64,000 nucleotides of DNA from an uncultured Caldilineaceae bacterium (GTDB taxonomy: Bacteria > Chloroflexota > Anaerolineae > Caldilineales > Caldilineaceae), in contig CAYXRG010000001.1 of NCBI GenBank assembly GCA_964467575.1, positions 42,652 through 106,651 of the forward strand, given 5' to 3'. The notes under the pieces were generated by a model. The model was not told the DNA's origin. It saw nothing but the letters and a program-made list of their open reading frames with translations, and made no database searches. Below, piece by piece: positions 45,518-55,814 of this stretch (position 1 is its first letter; the number at the start of each line of letters is the position of its first letter). The translations under genes were made by a program, and so were the position numbers.

Positions 45518-46153
45518 CTACACGACCAGCGATTTAGCGAGCGTCGCCGCCTGGCTAGCGTCCGGTGCAAACCCGTCCGCGCCGATACGCTGCGCAAAGG
45601 ATTCGGTGACAGGTGCGCCGCCTACCAACACTTTCACCTTGTCGCGCGCGCCGGCGTCGTCCAGTTTCTTGATCACCTCGGCCATGTTCGGCATGGTGGT
45701 TGTCAGAAGCGCAGACAGCGCAATGATGTCCACATCTCCGGCCTTGGCCGCCTCTACAAACTGCTCCGGCGCCACGTTCACGCCCAGGTCCTTGACCTCG
45801 AAACCCGCGCCTTCCATCATCATGCCAACCAGATTCTTGCCGATGTCGTGCATGTCGCCGCGCACGGTGCCGATCACGACGCGGCCAAGCGGCTCCACCG
45901 CTTCCTCGATCAAGCGAGGACGCAACAGCGTCAGACCGCCCTTCATCGCCCGGGCGGCGACGAGCATCTCCGGCACGAAGAACTCGCCTTCCTCGAACTT
46001 CGCGCCGACCTCGCGCATCCCGTCGATCAGCGCTTGATCCAGGATCGCCTTGGGGGCGATGCCGCCCTCCAACGCCGCCTTTACCTGTGACTCGACCTCT
46101 CCCGCGTTGCCCTGAATGACGGCTGTCCGGATGGCAGTCAGGATATCGTCCAT
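45518..46153 (-). CDS. cobalamin-binding corrinoid protein (MtbC/MtmC/MetH B12-domain type)
   Basis: N-terminal helical cap followed by the B12 domain. Motifs are DxHxxG (GDMHDIGKN), SALLTTT (SxL) and VGGAPV (GG). Confidence 0.85.
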   Translation of the reverse strand: MDDILTAIRTAVIQGNAGEVESQVKAALEGGIAPKAILDQALIDGMREVGAKFEEGEFFVPEMLVAARAMKGGLTLLRPRLIEEAVEPLGRVVIGTVRGDMHDIGKNLVGMMMEGAGFEVKDLGVNVAPEQFVEAAKAGDVDIIALSALLTTTMPNMAEVIKKLDDAGARDKVKVLVGGAPVTESFAQRIGADGFAPDASQAATLAKSLVV

Positions 46154-46293
46154 CGCTTCATTCCTCCAGTTGGTCTGATGTATCGTAGTTCAACGGTATT
46201 CGGTTGTCGTTTGCGAGTTGAGCGTTGACATGCGGCGCGCGTGTCAGAATCGTGGGCGTCTCAATAGTAACACCAGATGCGTTCGGACACAAA

Positions 46294-46328
46294 GGGCGGG
46301 CGCAAGCGTTTGCGCTCGATGCCCGCCC
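46294..46328 (-). terminator. candidate intrinsic terminator after the TIM-barrel gene
   Basis: GGGCGGGC (46294-46301) pairs with GCCCGCCC (46321-46328), with an inner GCGCAA/TTGCGC helix. The minus-strand RNA continues with UUUGUGU. Confidence 0.55.
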
Positions 46329-46358
46329 ACATGCGCGCCGGCATCGCAGCAGCCTGCA

Positions 46359-47228
46359 TCAGCACCCTGTCAGGAAGCGCGCTCCCTGCAGAATGCCCTC
46401 GCGTTCGGCCTCCGCCTCGCGATAGAAATTGCGATCCTCCAATTCAATCGACACGCACCCGTTGTAGTTGTTCGCTTCCAGGGTCCGGAAGATCTCCGCC
46501 CAACGCGCCACGCCATGCCCTGGAATGGTGTATCGCCACGTCATACCGCTGTACGGCTCCGGTTTGGCAAACGTCGCAGGTTGCTCGCGGCCATATTCGT
46601 AATAGGCCTCGACGAGGTGCTGCGCGTCTTTGCCGTGGACATGGTATACCCGATCCACGAACTCCTCTAGAAATCGCAAGTGGTCAATATCCATCCGGAT
46701 TAGATGCGACGGATCGTAGTTGATGCCCATCACCGGCGAAGGAATCTCGCGGAATAGCGCGCGATATCCTTCGGGCGTGCAGCACAGCGCGCCTGGTCCG
46801 GGCCAACCCTCAATCGCAAGCCGAGCATTGTGCCGCTCCAATACCGGCGCCAGTTCGCCAAAGCTCTCGACCATATATCCGAAGTTCTCCGCGCGCGGCA
46901 GCGCCGGATCGTCCGGCAACATCACCAGGAAATGGTTGACCGTGCCGAACTTGGCGCATTGCTTCACGTATTCGGCATTGGCGGCGACGGCTTCGGCGCG
47001 CTTGCCCTTATCAGCCGAGATCATTGACTTGTTGTCTAGCAGGTCTACCGACCCGATGCGCAAGCCCGCTTCTGTGGCAATCCGCCCGACTTCGGGCGCG
47101 TCTTTGCGTAGATCGATCACCTCCAGGCCGTTTGTTGCAGCCCATTGCACCAGTTCGCCGAGATCGGATTGCCATTCACCGCCGCCTCGACGGAAGCCAA
47201 TCGGGTAACCGCCAGTCCGTGTTCGCAT
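46359..47228 (-). CDS. sugar phosphate isomerase/epimerase (xylose-isomerase-like TIM barrel)
   Basis: ATG at 47228 preceded by a GAGGTGAAGG RBS. Family pattern: RLAIEGWPG, INYDPSH, HVHGKD and SIELED. The ORF-track extension to 47345 covers AT-rich, non-coding-looking sequence. Confidence 0.8.
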   Translation of the reverse strand: MRTRTGGYPIGFRRGGGEWQSDLGELVQWAATNGLEVIDLRKDAPEVGRIATEAGLRIGSVDLLDNKSMISADKGKRAEAVAANAEYVKQCAKFGTVNHFLVMLPDDPALPRAENFGYMVESFGELAPVLERHNARLAIEGWPGPGALCCTPEGYRALFREIPSPVMGINYDPSHLIRMDIDHLRFLEEFVDRVYHVHGKDAQHLVEAYYEYGREQPATFAKPEPYSGMTWRYTIPGHGVARWAEIFRTLEANNYNGCVSIELEDRNFYREAEAEREGILQGARFLTGC

Positions 47229-47347
47229 CGCAACATCCTTCACCTCTTGTATATAGTGTTTTGCATGGCATATGTACGCCTTGCTTGCCATGATGGTTGC
47301 TCGACTATCCGGGTCGGACATGAACGCTCGGCCAGATGACCGCAAAT

Positions 47348-48679
47348 CTAGAATTGCGCCAGCGGCAAGATCTCGTCGACTGAGACGAGCCGGTTTTCTG
47401 CCATCGACATATTGGCCGCAATGCCCAGAAGAATTGAAGCCGCCCCGTCGATGTGCGAAGCGGCCCGCGCAAACGGATCCAGAGGGGGCGTTGGCGAGAA
47501 GATCTGCTCCAACATGACTCGGTCTCCGCCGCCGTGTCCGCCGCCCGTCGTCTCCGGAATCGGGGCCTCATACGGCTTGCCGAACATGGGATACACCCGG
47601 ATGTGCTTGCCGCCGAATCGGTCGAGAGTCTCTTCGTCGGGCAGCACCGTTTCCTCTTGCCCGGCGACAAACGTCCTCCCCACCTGCTCGACCAGTTCCA
47701 CCTCCAGCCGGCCCTTATCACCCGTAATGGCGATCCGGTATCCTTCCCACGGGCTATAGCAGATCAGGGAATAGGTGAGGAGCGCACCATTGCGATAGCG
47801 CGCCGTGACGCTCATCGTATCTTCAATCGTAACCGGCTCGCCGAATACATTGCGGTCGCGCAGATAGCCTGTCTCCGCCTCGGCGTTTAGGTAGAGCGCG
47901 CGCAGCGTCTCATTCTGGTCCAGCCGCAAGGCGAAAGGATCGTTCTCCGCCTCCGGTACGCCCGTATACCGTTCGTACGGATAGATCTCGCCGCGGGCTT
48001 CCGCGTTCGTCTTGCCATAGTAGTGCAGCGCCCCCATCGCAAAGACCGTCTCCGGTTGCGACGCGATCCACCAGTTCACCAGGTCGAAGTGGTGCGTTGC
48101 CTTGTGAACCAGCAGCCCGCCGGATTTGTCTTTCTCCCGATGCCACCGGCGGAAGTAGTCCGCGCCGTGATATGTATCCAGCACCCACTGAAAGTTGACG
48201 TGCAGCGGTTTGCCGACGACTCCCTGCATGATCAACTCCCGCACTTTTGTGCTGAGCGGAGCATAACGGTAGTTGAAGGTCACCCGCAGATTGCGCCCGG
48301 TGCGCTCGATCGCATCCAAGATGGCGCGCGCCTTTTGCCCGTCAATCGTCATCGGCTTCTCGGCAATTGCGTCGCAGCCCAACTCCATGGCGCGGATAAT
48401 GTAGTGGTGATGCCAGCAGTCCATTGTCGTCACAATCACCACGTCGGGTTTGGTTTCGCGCACCATCTTGTCGAAGTCTCCGGCCATATACGTCGGCACG
48501 GAGGCCCCATTCGTTTGTCGGGCGATCTGCGCGTTGTACCAGTCCATGCGCACCTGGCTTAGGTCGCATAAGCCGACCAGCTTCGACCACTGGCTGTACG
48601 TCTCCGTGATCGCGTCGATGAACATGCCGGCCCTGCCGCCTGTGCCCACGATCGCATAGCGAGTACGGCGATTTTCCAT
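47348..48679 (-). CDS. Gfo/Idh/MocA-family oxidoreductase (long form, 443 aa)
   Basis: [14 protein letters not shown] (Rossmann) and AEKPMT (EKP) motifs. Confidence 0.9.
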   Translation of the reverse strand: MENRRTRYAIVGTGGRAGMFIDAITETYSQWSKLVGLCDLSQVRMDWYNAQIARQTNGASVPTYMAGDFDKMVRETKPDVVIVTTMDCWHHHYIIRAMELGCDAIAEKPMTIDGQKARAILDAIERTGRNLRVTFNYRYAPLSTKVRELIMQGVVGKPLHVNFQWVLDTYHGADYFRRWHREKDKSGGLLVHKATHHFDLVNWWIASQPETVFAMGALHYYGKTNAEARGEIYPYERYTGVPEAENDPFALRLDQNETLRALYLNAEAETGYLRDRNVFGEPVTIEDTMSVTARYRNGALLTYSLICYSPWEGYRIAITGDKGRLEVELVEQVGRTFVAGQEETVLPDEETLDRFGGKHIRVYPMFGKPYEAPIPETTGGGHGGGDRVMLEQIFSPTPPLDPFARAASHIDGAASILLGIAANMSMAENRLVSVDEILPLAQF

Positions 48680-48754
48680 CGTAATTCATCCTCCGCTGTA
48701 GAATCATGCCAAAAGACCGCCGGATCGCCCCATGTCCGGATGCGCCGGCGCAGT

Positions 48755-49999
48755 CTATGCCGGTTCGGCATCTAGCGTCTGGCGCACCTCGCGTTCGCGC
48801 ACGCCGATCAAGAAAAGCAGGCCGTCCAGCCCAACATTGGAAATCGCTCGTTCGGCTTGCTCGCGCACAATCGGCTTGGCGTGAAACGCCACCCCAAGCC
48901 CGGCCACCGACAGCATTGGCAGGTCGTTGGCGCCGTCGCCCACAGCGATCGTCTGCTCCAGCAACAACCCTTCAGCCTCGGCGATCTGCCGCAAAAGCGC
49001 TGCTTTGCGCGGCCCGTCCACGATATCCCCGAGCAGGCGACCTGTCAGCCGCCCGTCAACGATCTCCAGTTTGTTGGCGTGTACGAAGTCGATGCCCAGT
49101 TTCTCCTGTAACCGCAAGCCGAAGTAATCGAACCCGCCGGAGAGAATGCCGGTCTTGTAGCCAAGGCGCTTAAGTGTTCCGACCACGCGCTCGGCGCCCT
49201 CCGTCAAGGGCAAGTCCTCGGCCACTTCTGCCAACGCCGCTTCGTCAAGCCCCGCGAGCAGGGCGACGCGTCGCTTCAGGCTCTGCGTAAAGTCCAACTC
49301 GCCGCGCATGGCGGCCTCCGTGATTGCCGCCACCTCTGCTCCGGCGCCGGCTTTCTGTGCCAAGACGTCGATCACCTCGACCTGGATCAATGTCGAGTCC
49401 ATGTCGAATACGACCAGACGCCGATTGCGCCGGTAAATATCGTCCATGTGGAACGAGATGTCGATGCCCATCTGATGAGCGATGTCCATCAGCCTGCGTC
49501 GCATGTCGTGTTCATCACGCAGGTTCCCGCTGACCGAGAACTGAACGCTGGCCGCGGGATGGATCTCCGGATTCGCCAACGACACCCGCCCCGACAACCG
49601 TGTGATCACGTCGATATTCAGTCCATAGTGCGCGCAGACCGCGGCCACGGCCGATGTCTGCGCGGCCGTCAACGACCGCCCGATCATCGTGATGATGCGC
49701 CGCTCCTTGCCCTGTTCGGCCACCCAGCGCTCATATTGTTCCAGCGAGACAGGCGTAAACCGCGCCTGGATATCGAGGTCGTGCGCTAGGTAGAGCAATT
49801 CCTTCATCACCGCCGGCGATGCCTGACCATGCGGGATCTCGATCAGGATGCCGAATGAGATATGCTCATGGATCACAGCTTGCCCAATATCAAGTACATT
49901 GACATGGAACTGCGCCAACACGTTGGTGACCGCAGATACCAGGCCGGGACGGTCCCGCCCTGTAACGTTGATCAGGTAGATCTCGCTAGTTGGCATCAT
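48755..49999 (-). CDS. serB: phosphoserine phosphatase with two N-terminal ACT domains
   Basis: ACT-like repeats (INVTGRDRPGLV...) followed by the HAD motifs DMDSTLI, SGGF and GDGANDL. Confidence 0.85.
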   Translation of the reverse strand: MMPTSEIYLINVTGRDRPGLVSAVTNVLAQFHVNVLDIGQAVIHEHISFGILIEIPHGQASPAVMKELLYLAHDLDIQARFTPVSLEQYERWVAEQGKERRIITMIGRSLTAAQTSAVAAVCAHYGLNIDVITRLSGRVSLANPEIHPAASVQFSVSGNLRDEHDMRRRLMDIAHQMGIDISFHMDDIYRRNRRLVVFDMDSTLIQVEVIDVLAQKAGAGAEVAAITEAAMRGELDFTQSLKRRVALLAGLDEAALAEVAEDLPLTEGAERVVGTLKRLGYKTGILSGGFDYFGLRLQEKLGIDFVHANKLEIVDGRLTGRLLGDIVDGPRKAALLRQIAEAEGLLLEQTIAVGDGANDLPMLSVAGLGVAFHAKPIVREQAERAISNVGLDGLLFLIGVREREVRQTLDAEPA

Positions 50000-50969
50000 T
50001 GCCCGAATGGCCCGAAGCCAAAAGTTCCGCCACGTCCGCCATCTGCGTCTCCGACAACGGACCGAACGCCATAGCGCCTGCGTTCTCCTCTACCTGCGCT
50101 ACGGTCTTGAAACCGGGGATTGGGACTGTGACGGCGCTGCGCGCCCACAGCCAGCCGAGCGCGCCTTGCGCCAAAGTCCGCCCGCCTGCGGTGAGAACCT
50201 CGCGCAGTTCCTCCAGCATGCGCAGCCGCTTGGCTTGCGGTCCGCTGCGGAAGTCCCAGTCTTTGCGCACATCATTGGCGGGCAACGTCGAATCTGCACT
50301 GAACTTGCCTGTCAGCAGCCCCATCGCCAGAGGGCCGCGGTTGATGCTCGCCAGACTTTCGGCTTCGCATATGGCGAGCGTCTCGGCGCTGCCCTCGAAG
50401 ATGTTCAACCGCTGCTGGATGGCCGCGCAGTGTTCCCCGCGAGCGAAGGTTCTGGCCCTCTCCGGGTCGTCGGTACTCCAGCCGTACGCGCGGATCTTCC
50501 CTTCTTCGACGAGCCGCTCCAACGTCTCCAGCACCTCGTCCGCCCGGTCTACATCATAGTCACCCTTGTGGAACTGGTACAGGTCGATATAGTCTGTGTT
50601 CAGCCTGCGCAAGCTTGCCTCGCAGGCGCGGCGGACAAATTCCGGCTCGGCGTTGAAGCCCGTAATGCGCTTGGTCTGTTCGTCGAAGACGTTGCCGAAT
50701 TTAGTGGCGATCACCACATCCTGGCGCTGTCCGGCCAGTACGGCGCCCAAAATGCGCTCGCTGTGCCCGCAGCCATACACGTCGGCCGTATCGAAAAACG
50801 TCACGCCCATGTCCAAGGCCCGTTCGAGCGCCTGCATCGACTCCTGGTCGTTGACCTCTCCCCACCCGACCGGTGCGGCGCCTCGCCAGAAAGGCCCGCC
50901 AATCGCCCAGCAACCCATGCCCAAGGCGCTTACCTCGATACCGCTCCGCCCCAATACTCGCGTTTCCAC
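49986..50969 (-). CDS. aldo/keto reductase
   Basis: LGMGCWAIGG, FFDTADVYG and IATKFG motifs. Length is 327 aa. The stop overlaps the serB start by 14 nt. Confidence 0.9.
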   Translation of the reverse strand: METRVLGRSGIEVSALGMGCWAIGGPFWRGAAPVGWGEVNDQESMQALERALDMGVTFFDTADVYGCGHSERILGAVLAGQRQDVVIATKFGNVFDEQTKRITGFNAEPEFVRRACEASLRRLNTDYIDLYQFHKGDYDVDRADEVLETLERLVEEGKIRAYGWSTDDPERARTFARGEHCAAIQQRLNIFEGSAETLAICEAESLASINRGPLAMGLLTGKFSADSTLPANDVRKDWDFRSGPQAKRLRMLEELREVLTAGGRTLAQGALGWLWARSAVTVPIPGFKTVAQVEENAGAMAFGPLSETQMADVAELLASGHSGNDAN

Positions 50970-50984
50970 AACCTTCCCCTCCTC

Positions 50985-53042
50985 TTAATCCGGCACATTC
51001 TGTCGCAGTTCCGCCAGCCACACCGTAGCCTCAGAGTCGCTTGGCGCACGCCAATCCCCGCGTGGCGACAACGAGCCGCCCGACCCAACCTTAGGCCCAT
51101 TGGGCAACGCCGACCGCTTGAACTGGCTGATCTGGAAGAACCGGTACAAAAAAACCTCCAGCCAGCGCTTGATCTCCGCTAGCGTATACTCGTGCCGCTT
51201 GGCGTCCGGCAGCAAATGCGGCCAGTCGCCCTCCCTCATACTACTCCACGCATGATAGCTCATGAAGGCGACCTTGCTCGGCCGGAACCCGAAACGCGAA
51301 ACGTAGTAGAGGTTGAAGTCCTGCAACTCATACGGCCCGATCTTCGCCTCGGTGCTCTGGCTTGGCCGGTCATTGTTGCCCGTTGCATCGGGCACTAGTT
51401 CCGGCGAAATCTCCGTTTCCAGAATCGCGTCCAGCACTGCGGATGTTTCCGGCCCGAACAAGTCTCTGGACGCCACCCATCGGATCAGATACTGGATCAG
51501 CGTCTTGGGCACGGAGCTGTTCACGTTGTAATGCGACATGTGATCGCCCACGCCGTAGGTCGCCCAGCCTAGCGCAAGCTCGCTCAGGTCGCCCGTCCCC
51601 AAGACAATGCCGCCGTAATGGTTCGCCAGCCGGAACAGGTGCGAGGTGCGCTCCCCCGCCTGCACATTCTCGAAAGTGACATCATACAACGGCTCGCCCT
51701 GGGCATACGGATGTCCGATGTCCGCCAGCATCTGCCGCGCCGAGGGGCGGATGTCGATCTCATGAGCCTCCACCCCCAGCGCCGCCATCAGCCGGTGAGC
51801 GTTGCGCTTTGTAGACTGGCTGGTAGCAAAGCCGGGCATCGTATAGGCCAGAATGTTGGTACGCGGCAGCCCCAGCCGGTCCATCGTCTGCGCCGCCACC
51901 AGCAACGCCTGCGTCGAGTCCAACCCGCCCGACACGCCGATCACCACGCACTCAATGCCGGTTGCTTCCAAACGCTTCATCAGACCGTGTACCTGGATGT
52001 TGTACACCTCGTAACAGCGTTCGTCCAGAGAGGCCTGGTCGCTGGGCACGTATGGGAAGCGGTAGAACTTGCGCAGCGGCGGCGCCTCTCCGGCCGGCTT
52101 CTCGAAGTCAAACGGAATACGGCGCAGCGTACGCAGCTTATCTTTGTGATCCGTCGCCGTGTCCGTAAATGCGGTCATGCGGCTGCGATCCTGCACCAAC
52201 CGCTCCAGGTCCACATCAGCAGCGACGATTTGCTCTCCCGTCGAGAACCGTTCGGATTCGGCCAGCAACGCGCCGTCGGCATAGATCAGACCGTGACCGT
52301 CCCACGCTAAGTCCGTTGTCGATTCTCCCGGCCCAGCGCCGGAATACAGATACGCTGCCATGCATTTGGCCGATTGAGACGCGCAGAGCTGCCGCCGGTA
52401 GTCCGCCTTGGCAACGGTGATGTTGCTCGCCGACAGGTTCGCCAGCACCGTCGCGCCGCCTAGCGCGGCGTACGTGCTTGGCGGGATGGGCGTCCATAGA
52501 TCCTCGCACACCTCGACATGCAGCCGGAAGCCGGGCATATTCTCCGCGTCGAAGACCAGGTCATTGCCAAAAGGAACGCGTACACCGAGCAACGTCGCCT
52601 CAGGGCCGATGGCGTCACGCGCCGCCGCGAACTGCCGCTTCTCGTAGAACTCCCGGTAATTGGGCAGATAGCTCTTCGGAACAACTCCCAGCACGTTGCC
52701 GCGGTAGATCGCGACTGCGCAGTTAAACAGTTTATTCTCCACCCGCAACGGCGCGCCGACCAGCACGACCGGCGTCCATTCGGCACTCCGGCGCACGACC
52801 GTCTCCAGTGCAACCATCGTCGCTTCCTGGAGTGCGTCTTGCTGAAACAAGTCTTCGTTCGAATATGCGGACAGCCCGAGCTCCGGAAAGACTGTGACCG
52901 CAACCCCCTGGGCTGACGCGGCTTCGGCCAGCGCCAACGTACGTTCGACATTGTAGTGAGGATCAGCCACGCGCAGCCGCGGAATGCAGACTGCTACACG
53001 AATGAAGCCATGAGAGTATATCGAATTGAATGGGCTTGTCAT
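50985..53042 (-). CDS. nadE: glutamine-dependent NAD+ synthetase (CN-hydrolase domain plus PP-loop synthetase domain)
   Basis: N-terminal nitrilase-type domain ([16 protein letters not shown]) and a C-terminal [11 protein letters not shown]-loop. The ATG at 53042 is preferred over the ORF-track start at 53087. Confidence 0.9.
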   Translation of the reverse strand: MTSPFNSIYSHGFIRVAVCIPRLRVADPHYNVERTLALAEAASAQGVAVTVFPELGLSAYSNEDLFQQDALQEATMVALETVVRRSAEWTPVVLVGAPLRVENKLFNCAVAIYRGNVLGVVPKSYLPNYREFYEKRQFAAARDAIGPEATLLGVRVPFGNDLVFDAENMPGFRLHVEVCEDLWTPIPPSTYAALGGATVLANLSASNITVAKADYRRQLCASQSAKCMAAYLYSGAGPGESTTDLAWDGHGLIYADGALLAESERFSTGEQIVAADVDLERLVQDRSRMTAFTDTATDHKDKLRTLRRIPFDFEKPAGEAPPLRKFYRFPYVPSDQASLDERCYEVYNIQVHGLMKRLEATGIECVVIGVSGGLDSTQALLVAAQTMDRLGLPRTNILAYTMPGFATSQSTKRNAHRLMAALGVEAHEIDIRPSARQMLADIGHPYAQGEPLYDVTFENVQAGERTSHLFRLANHYGGIVLGTGDLSELALGWATYGVGDHMSHYNVNSSVPKTLIQYLIRWVASRDLFGPETSAVLDAILETEISPELVPDATGNNDRPSQSTEAKIGPYELQDFNLYYVSRFGFRPSKVAFMSYHAWSSMREGDWPHLLPDAKRHEYTLAEIKRWLEVFLYRFFQISQFKRSALPNGPKVGSGGSLSPRGDWRAPSDSEATVWLAELRQNVPD

Positions 53043-53189
53043 AGGGGCTGCTTTAATTGTGAGGATTGCGCAGCGATCACGCTGCATCGCGCCGGAAGTC
53101 TACGCCTATTATATCGCGGGAACCTGTTTTGGGGGAACTGTGCAGCGGCCATTATTGTCGGCTATGATTGCGCGCGCAGCTTGTGAGGA

Positions 53190-55802
53190 TTGTCTGCGCT
53201 TGATACACTATACGATGCGTCGCTCGGCCTGAATTGCTTTCTGCGTCAGGTTATTACTTCTTTGAAGGCTAGAATCGCCTCCCTCACCCTACTTCTGATC
53301 GTCGCGCTCAACGCGATGGTCCTTTTGCCGCTTTCGATTCACGTACGCGGTATAGCCGCCTATCTTCTGTTTGTGCCAGTAATCGGCTACCTGCTCACCG
53401 CTGCCGTCGGGCTGCACCGCCATTCACCGTGGCCGGAACAGGCGCTCATCGCGTTCGGGGCGGGCTACAGCATTACGGTTCTCGTCACGCTCGCGCTTAC
53501 CTATCTGCCAGGCGGTCTCCAGCCGTGGCAGACCCTCACCGCGTTCGACGCGTTTGCCATAATATTGCTGCTCCTGGCGCTACGCCACGCGTCCGACTCG
53601 CATACCGGCGACACGAAACTCACCGCGCCAAGCAGCGCCCCCTGGCCGTGGCTCGGCGCTGTTACCATAGTCGTCGTCGCGGGATTTCTCCGCCTTCCCG
53701 GCCTCGACTACTCCGAGTTTCAGGACGACGAAGTGAGTGTTGTCTGGCAGAGCGCCGAGGCCATCCAGGGGCGGGCGGATGCGCTCTTCATCCATGACAA
53801 GGGGCCGGCCGAAATCCTACTCACGACGGCCGTCTATTCCGCAGTCGACCGCCTCAACGAAGCTGCGGCTCGCTTTCCCTTCGCAATGGCCGGCGTCGTT
53901 GGGCTGCTGGCGCTATACTGGCTGGGATGGCGGCTGTTCAGCCCGCTCGCCGGCTGGAGCGCTGCCATGTTTCTCGCCGTCGACGGTTATTTTGTCGGCT
54001 TCGCGCGCGTCGTCCAATACCAGAGCGTGGTGCTGCTCATGATCGTGCTGGTCGCCGGCATCATGCTCAAATACGTCAGACGGCCTGCGTCTCCTCCAGC
54101 CTATCTATACTTCGCGGCGCTCTTTCTGGCAACGGGCGTCCTCGCGCACTACGAGGCGGCGCTCGCCTTTCTACCTGTTGGCGCATTCGCCCTCCTCTCC
54201 ATCCGACGACGCGACAGCACGCTGCGCCGCTTGCGTCATCTCGGCCTGGCAACGCTGCTGGGGGCCGCGATCCTCGCCGCATTTTATGCCCCGTTCAGCC
54301 TACATCCGCGCTTTGCCCGCACCTTTAGCGAGATCGCAGGCAACCGCATCGGCGCCGGCTTCCCATACAACAACCTAGGCGACTTCTTTACGCGCACGAT
54401 CATCTACAATTCCAGCTATTTCTTCATTGCGCTCACGCTTGCCATGGTGGTAGCGTTGACTGGGGCATACCGCCGCACGCTGCCGCGTTGGGCAGCGTGG
54501 ACGGCCTCCGCTACGCTAGTCGGAGGACTAGCCCTGACCTTCTCTCACCCAGAGTGGCTCGCCGTGGGCGGACACGATCACATCTGGCTTTTCTTCGCAC
54601 TGGCACTCGCCCCCCAGTTGCTGACACGCAAACTGCCCGCCACAGAACAAACCGTATGGCTCTGGTTCGCCGCGGCCATGTTGCTCGCTCTGTTCGTCGT
54701 TCAGAAGCCGCGCACCCATGTCTACGACTTCCTCATCCCCTGGGCTTTGCTCGCCGGCAACGCCGTAGAACAGACATGGCGCGCGCTTGAGGGCAGCATC
54801 GGCCACGACAAAGCGCTCGCCATCGGGTTGCCCGCAGCCGCCGCGCTAATCCTGCTCTTTGGCAATTATGTCTACTTGCTTTTTGCGTACAACGGAGCCG
54901 AAGTCCTGCGCACTTGGCAGGAGAACCGGCCCGCCGGCTACTGGACGCCCTACGCCGAACCGCGCCAGAACGCTATGTTCGGCTTCCCCTTCAAGAACGG
55001 CTGGAAGGTAGTCGGTGCGCTCTATGCGTCGGGCGAATTGGACGGTCCCTTTGCGCGCAACGGCAAGCGCGGCATCGCCAACTGGTACACCAGAGGCGCC
55101 GGCGACTGCTCGCGCGACGCCCGCTACTACGTGTTCACACCCTGGAACGAACCGGTCAACAAAGGACTTCTAGACCCGCAGCGGCGTCCGACCGCTGAGG
55201 AAGGTTATCACCTGATCCGCCTGGTTCAAGTCAACGGCGAACCGCGGCTCGAGATTTACGAACGCGGGGACGCGCCCACGTCTCCCCCGATTGTCCACAA
55301 CATCGAGGACTACGAAGCGCTGTTCGACGCGGCACTCTCCAGCCCGCGCTTCGAGCCCGATGGACCAGCGGCCCTTCCGCACATCGAACACGCCCTAGAT
55401 TTTCGCTTTGGTGATTCGATTTGGCTGAAGGGGTACAGACTCGCCGCCAACAATGTCCGCCCCGGCAATCGCGTCGACCTGACGCTCTACTGGCAGGCAG
55501 ATGCTAGGCCAACAGAGGACTATAAGGTCTTTACGCAGATCATCGACATGTCGGATTACCACAAGGCGGGTCAGCGCGACGGCGTGCCCGGCTGCGAGGA
55601 GTTCCGCACAAGCAGTTGGCTGCCCGGCGACGTCATCGTGGATCGCTACGCCATCATGATCGAAGAAGACGCGCCTGAAGGAGACTACACCCTGCTCATC
55701 GGTCTTTACGACACCGACGAAGATCGGTTGAATATCTTCACGCCGGACGGCCAAGCGATGGGCGACGCCCTGGGTATCGACACGATCTTCGTCCGCCCTT
55801 AA
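53190..55802 (+). CDS. GT39/ArnT-like polytopic membrane glycosyltransferase with a C-terminal soluble domain
   Basis: About 13 TM segments and a DDE-type loop (EFQDDEV) after TM1, as in PMT/ArnT-like GT-C enzymes. The TTG start at 53190 is uncertain; alternatives lie up to 53316. Confidence 0.65.
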   Translation: MSALDTLYDASLGLNCFLRQVITSLKARIASLTLLLIVALNAMVLLPLSIHVRGIAAYLLFVPVIGYLLTAAVGLHRHSPWPEQALIAFGAGYSITVLVTLALTYLPGGLQPWQTLTAFDAFAIILLLLALRHASDSHTGDTKLTAPSSAPWPWLGAVTIVVVAGFLRLPGLDYSEFQDDEVSVVWQSAEAIQGRADALFIHDKGPAEILLTTAVYSAVDRLNEAAARFPFAMAGVVGLLALYWLGWRLFSPLAGWSAAMFLAVDGYFVGFARVVQYQSVVLLMIVLVAGIMLKYVRRPASPPAYLYFAALFLATGVLAHYEAALAFLPVGAFALLSIRRRDSTLRRLRHLGLATLLGAAILAAFYAPFSLHPRFARTFSEIAGNRIGAGFPYNNLGDFFTRTIIYNSSYFFIALTLAMVVALTGAYRRTLPRWAAWTASATLVGGLALTFSHPEWLAVGGHDHIWLFFALALAPQLLTRKLPATEQTVWLWFAAAMLLALFVVQKPRTHVYDFLIPWALLAGNAVEQTWRALEGSIGHDKALAIGLPAAAALILLFGNYVYLLFAYNGAEVLRTWQENRPAGYWTPYAEPRQNAMFGFPFKNGWKVVGALYASGELDGPFARNGKRGIANWYTRGAGDCSRDARYYVFTPWNEPVNKGLLDPQRRPTAEEGYHLIRLVQVNGEPRLEIYERGDAPTSPPIVHNIEDYEALFDAALSSPRFEPDGPAALPHIEHALDFRFGDSIWLKGYRLAANNVRPGNRVDLTLYWQADARPTEDYKVFTQIIDMSDYHKAGQRDGVPGCEEFRTSSWLPGDVIVDRYAIMIEEDAPEGDYTLLIGLYDTDEDRLNIFTPDGQAMGDALGIDTIFVRP

Positions 55803-55814
55803 CGAGGGGGCGCC

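Noticed and set aside
46154-46293. Possible cobalamin riboswitch upstream of the corrinoid-protein gene, and possible FMN riboswitch upstream of the RibA fusion (17637-17645).
   Set aside because: No B12-box-like conserved core is recognisable in the 140-nt leader. The RibA fusion has only a 9-nt gap to the preceding gene, which leaves no room for a riboswitch.
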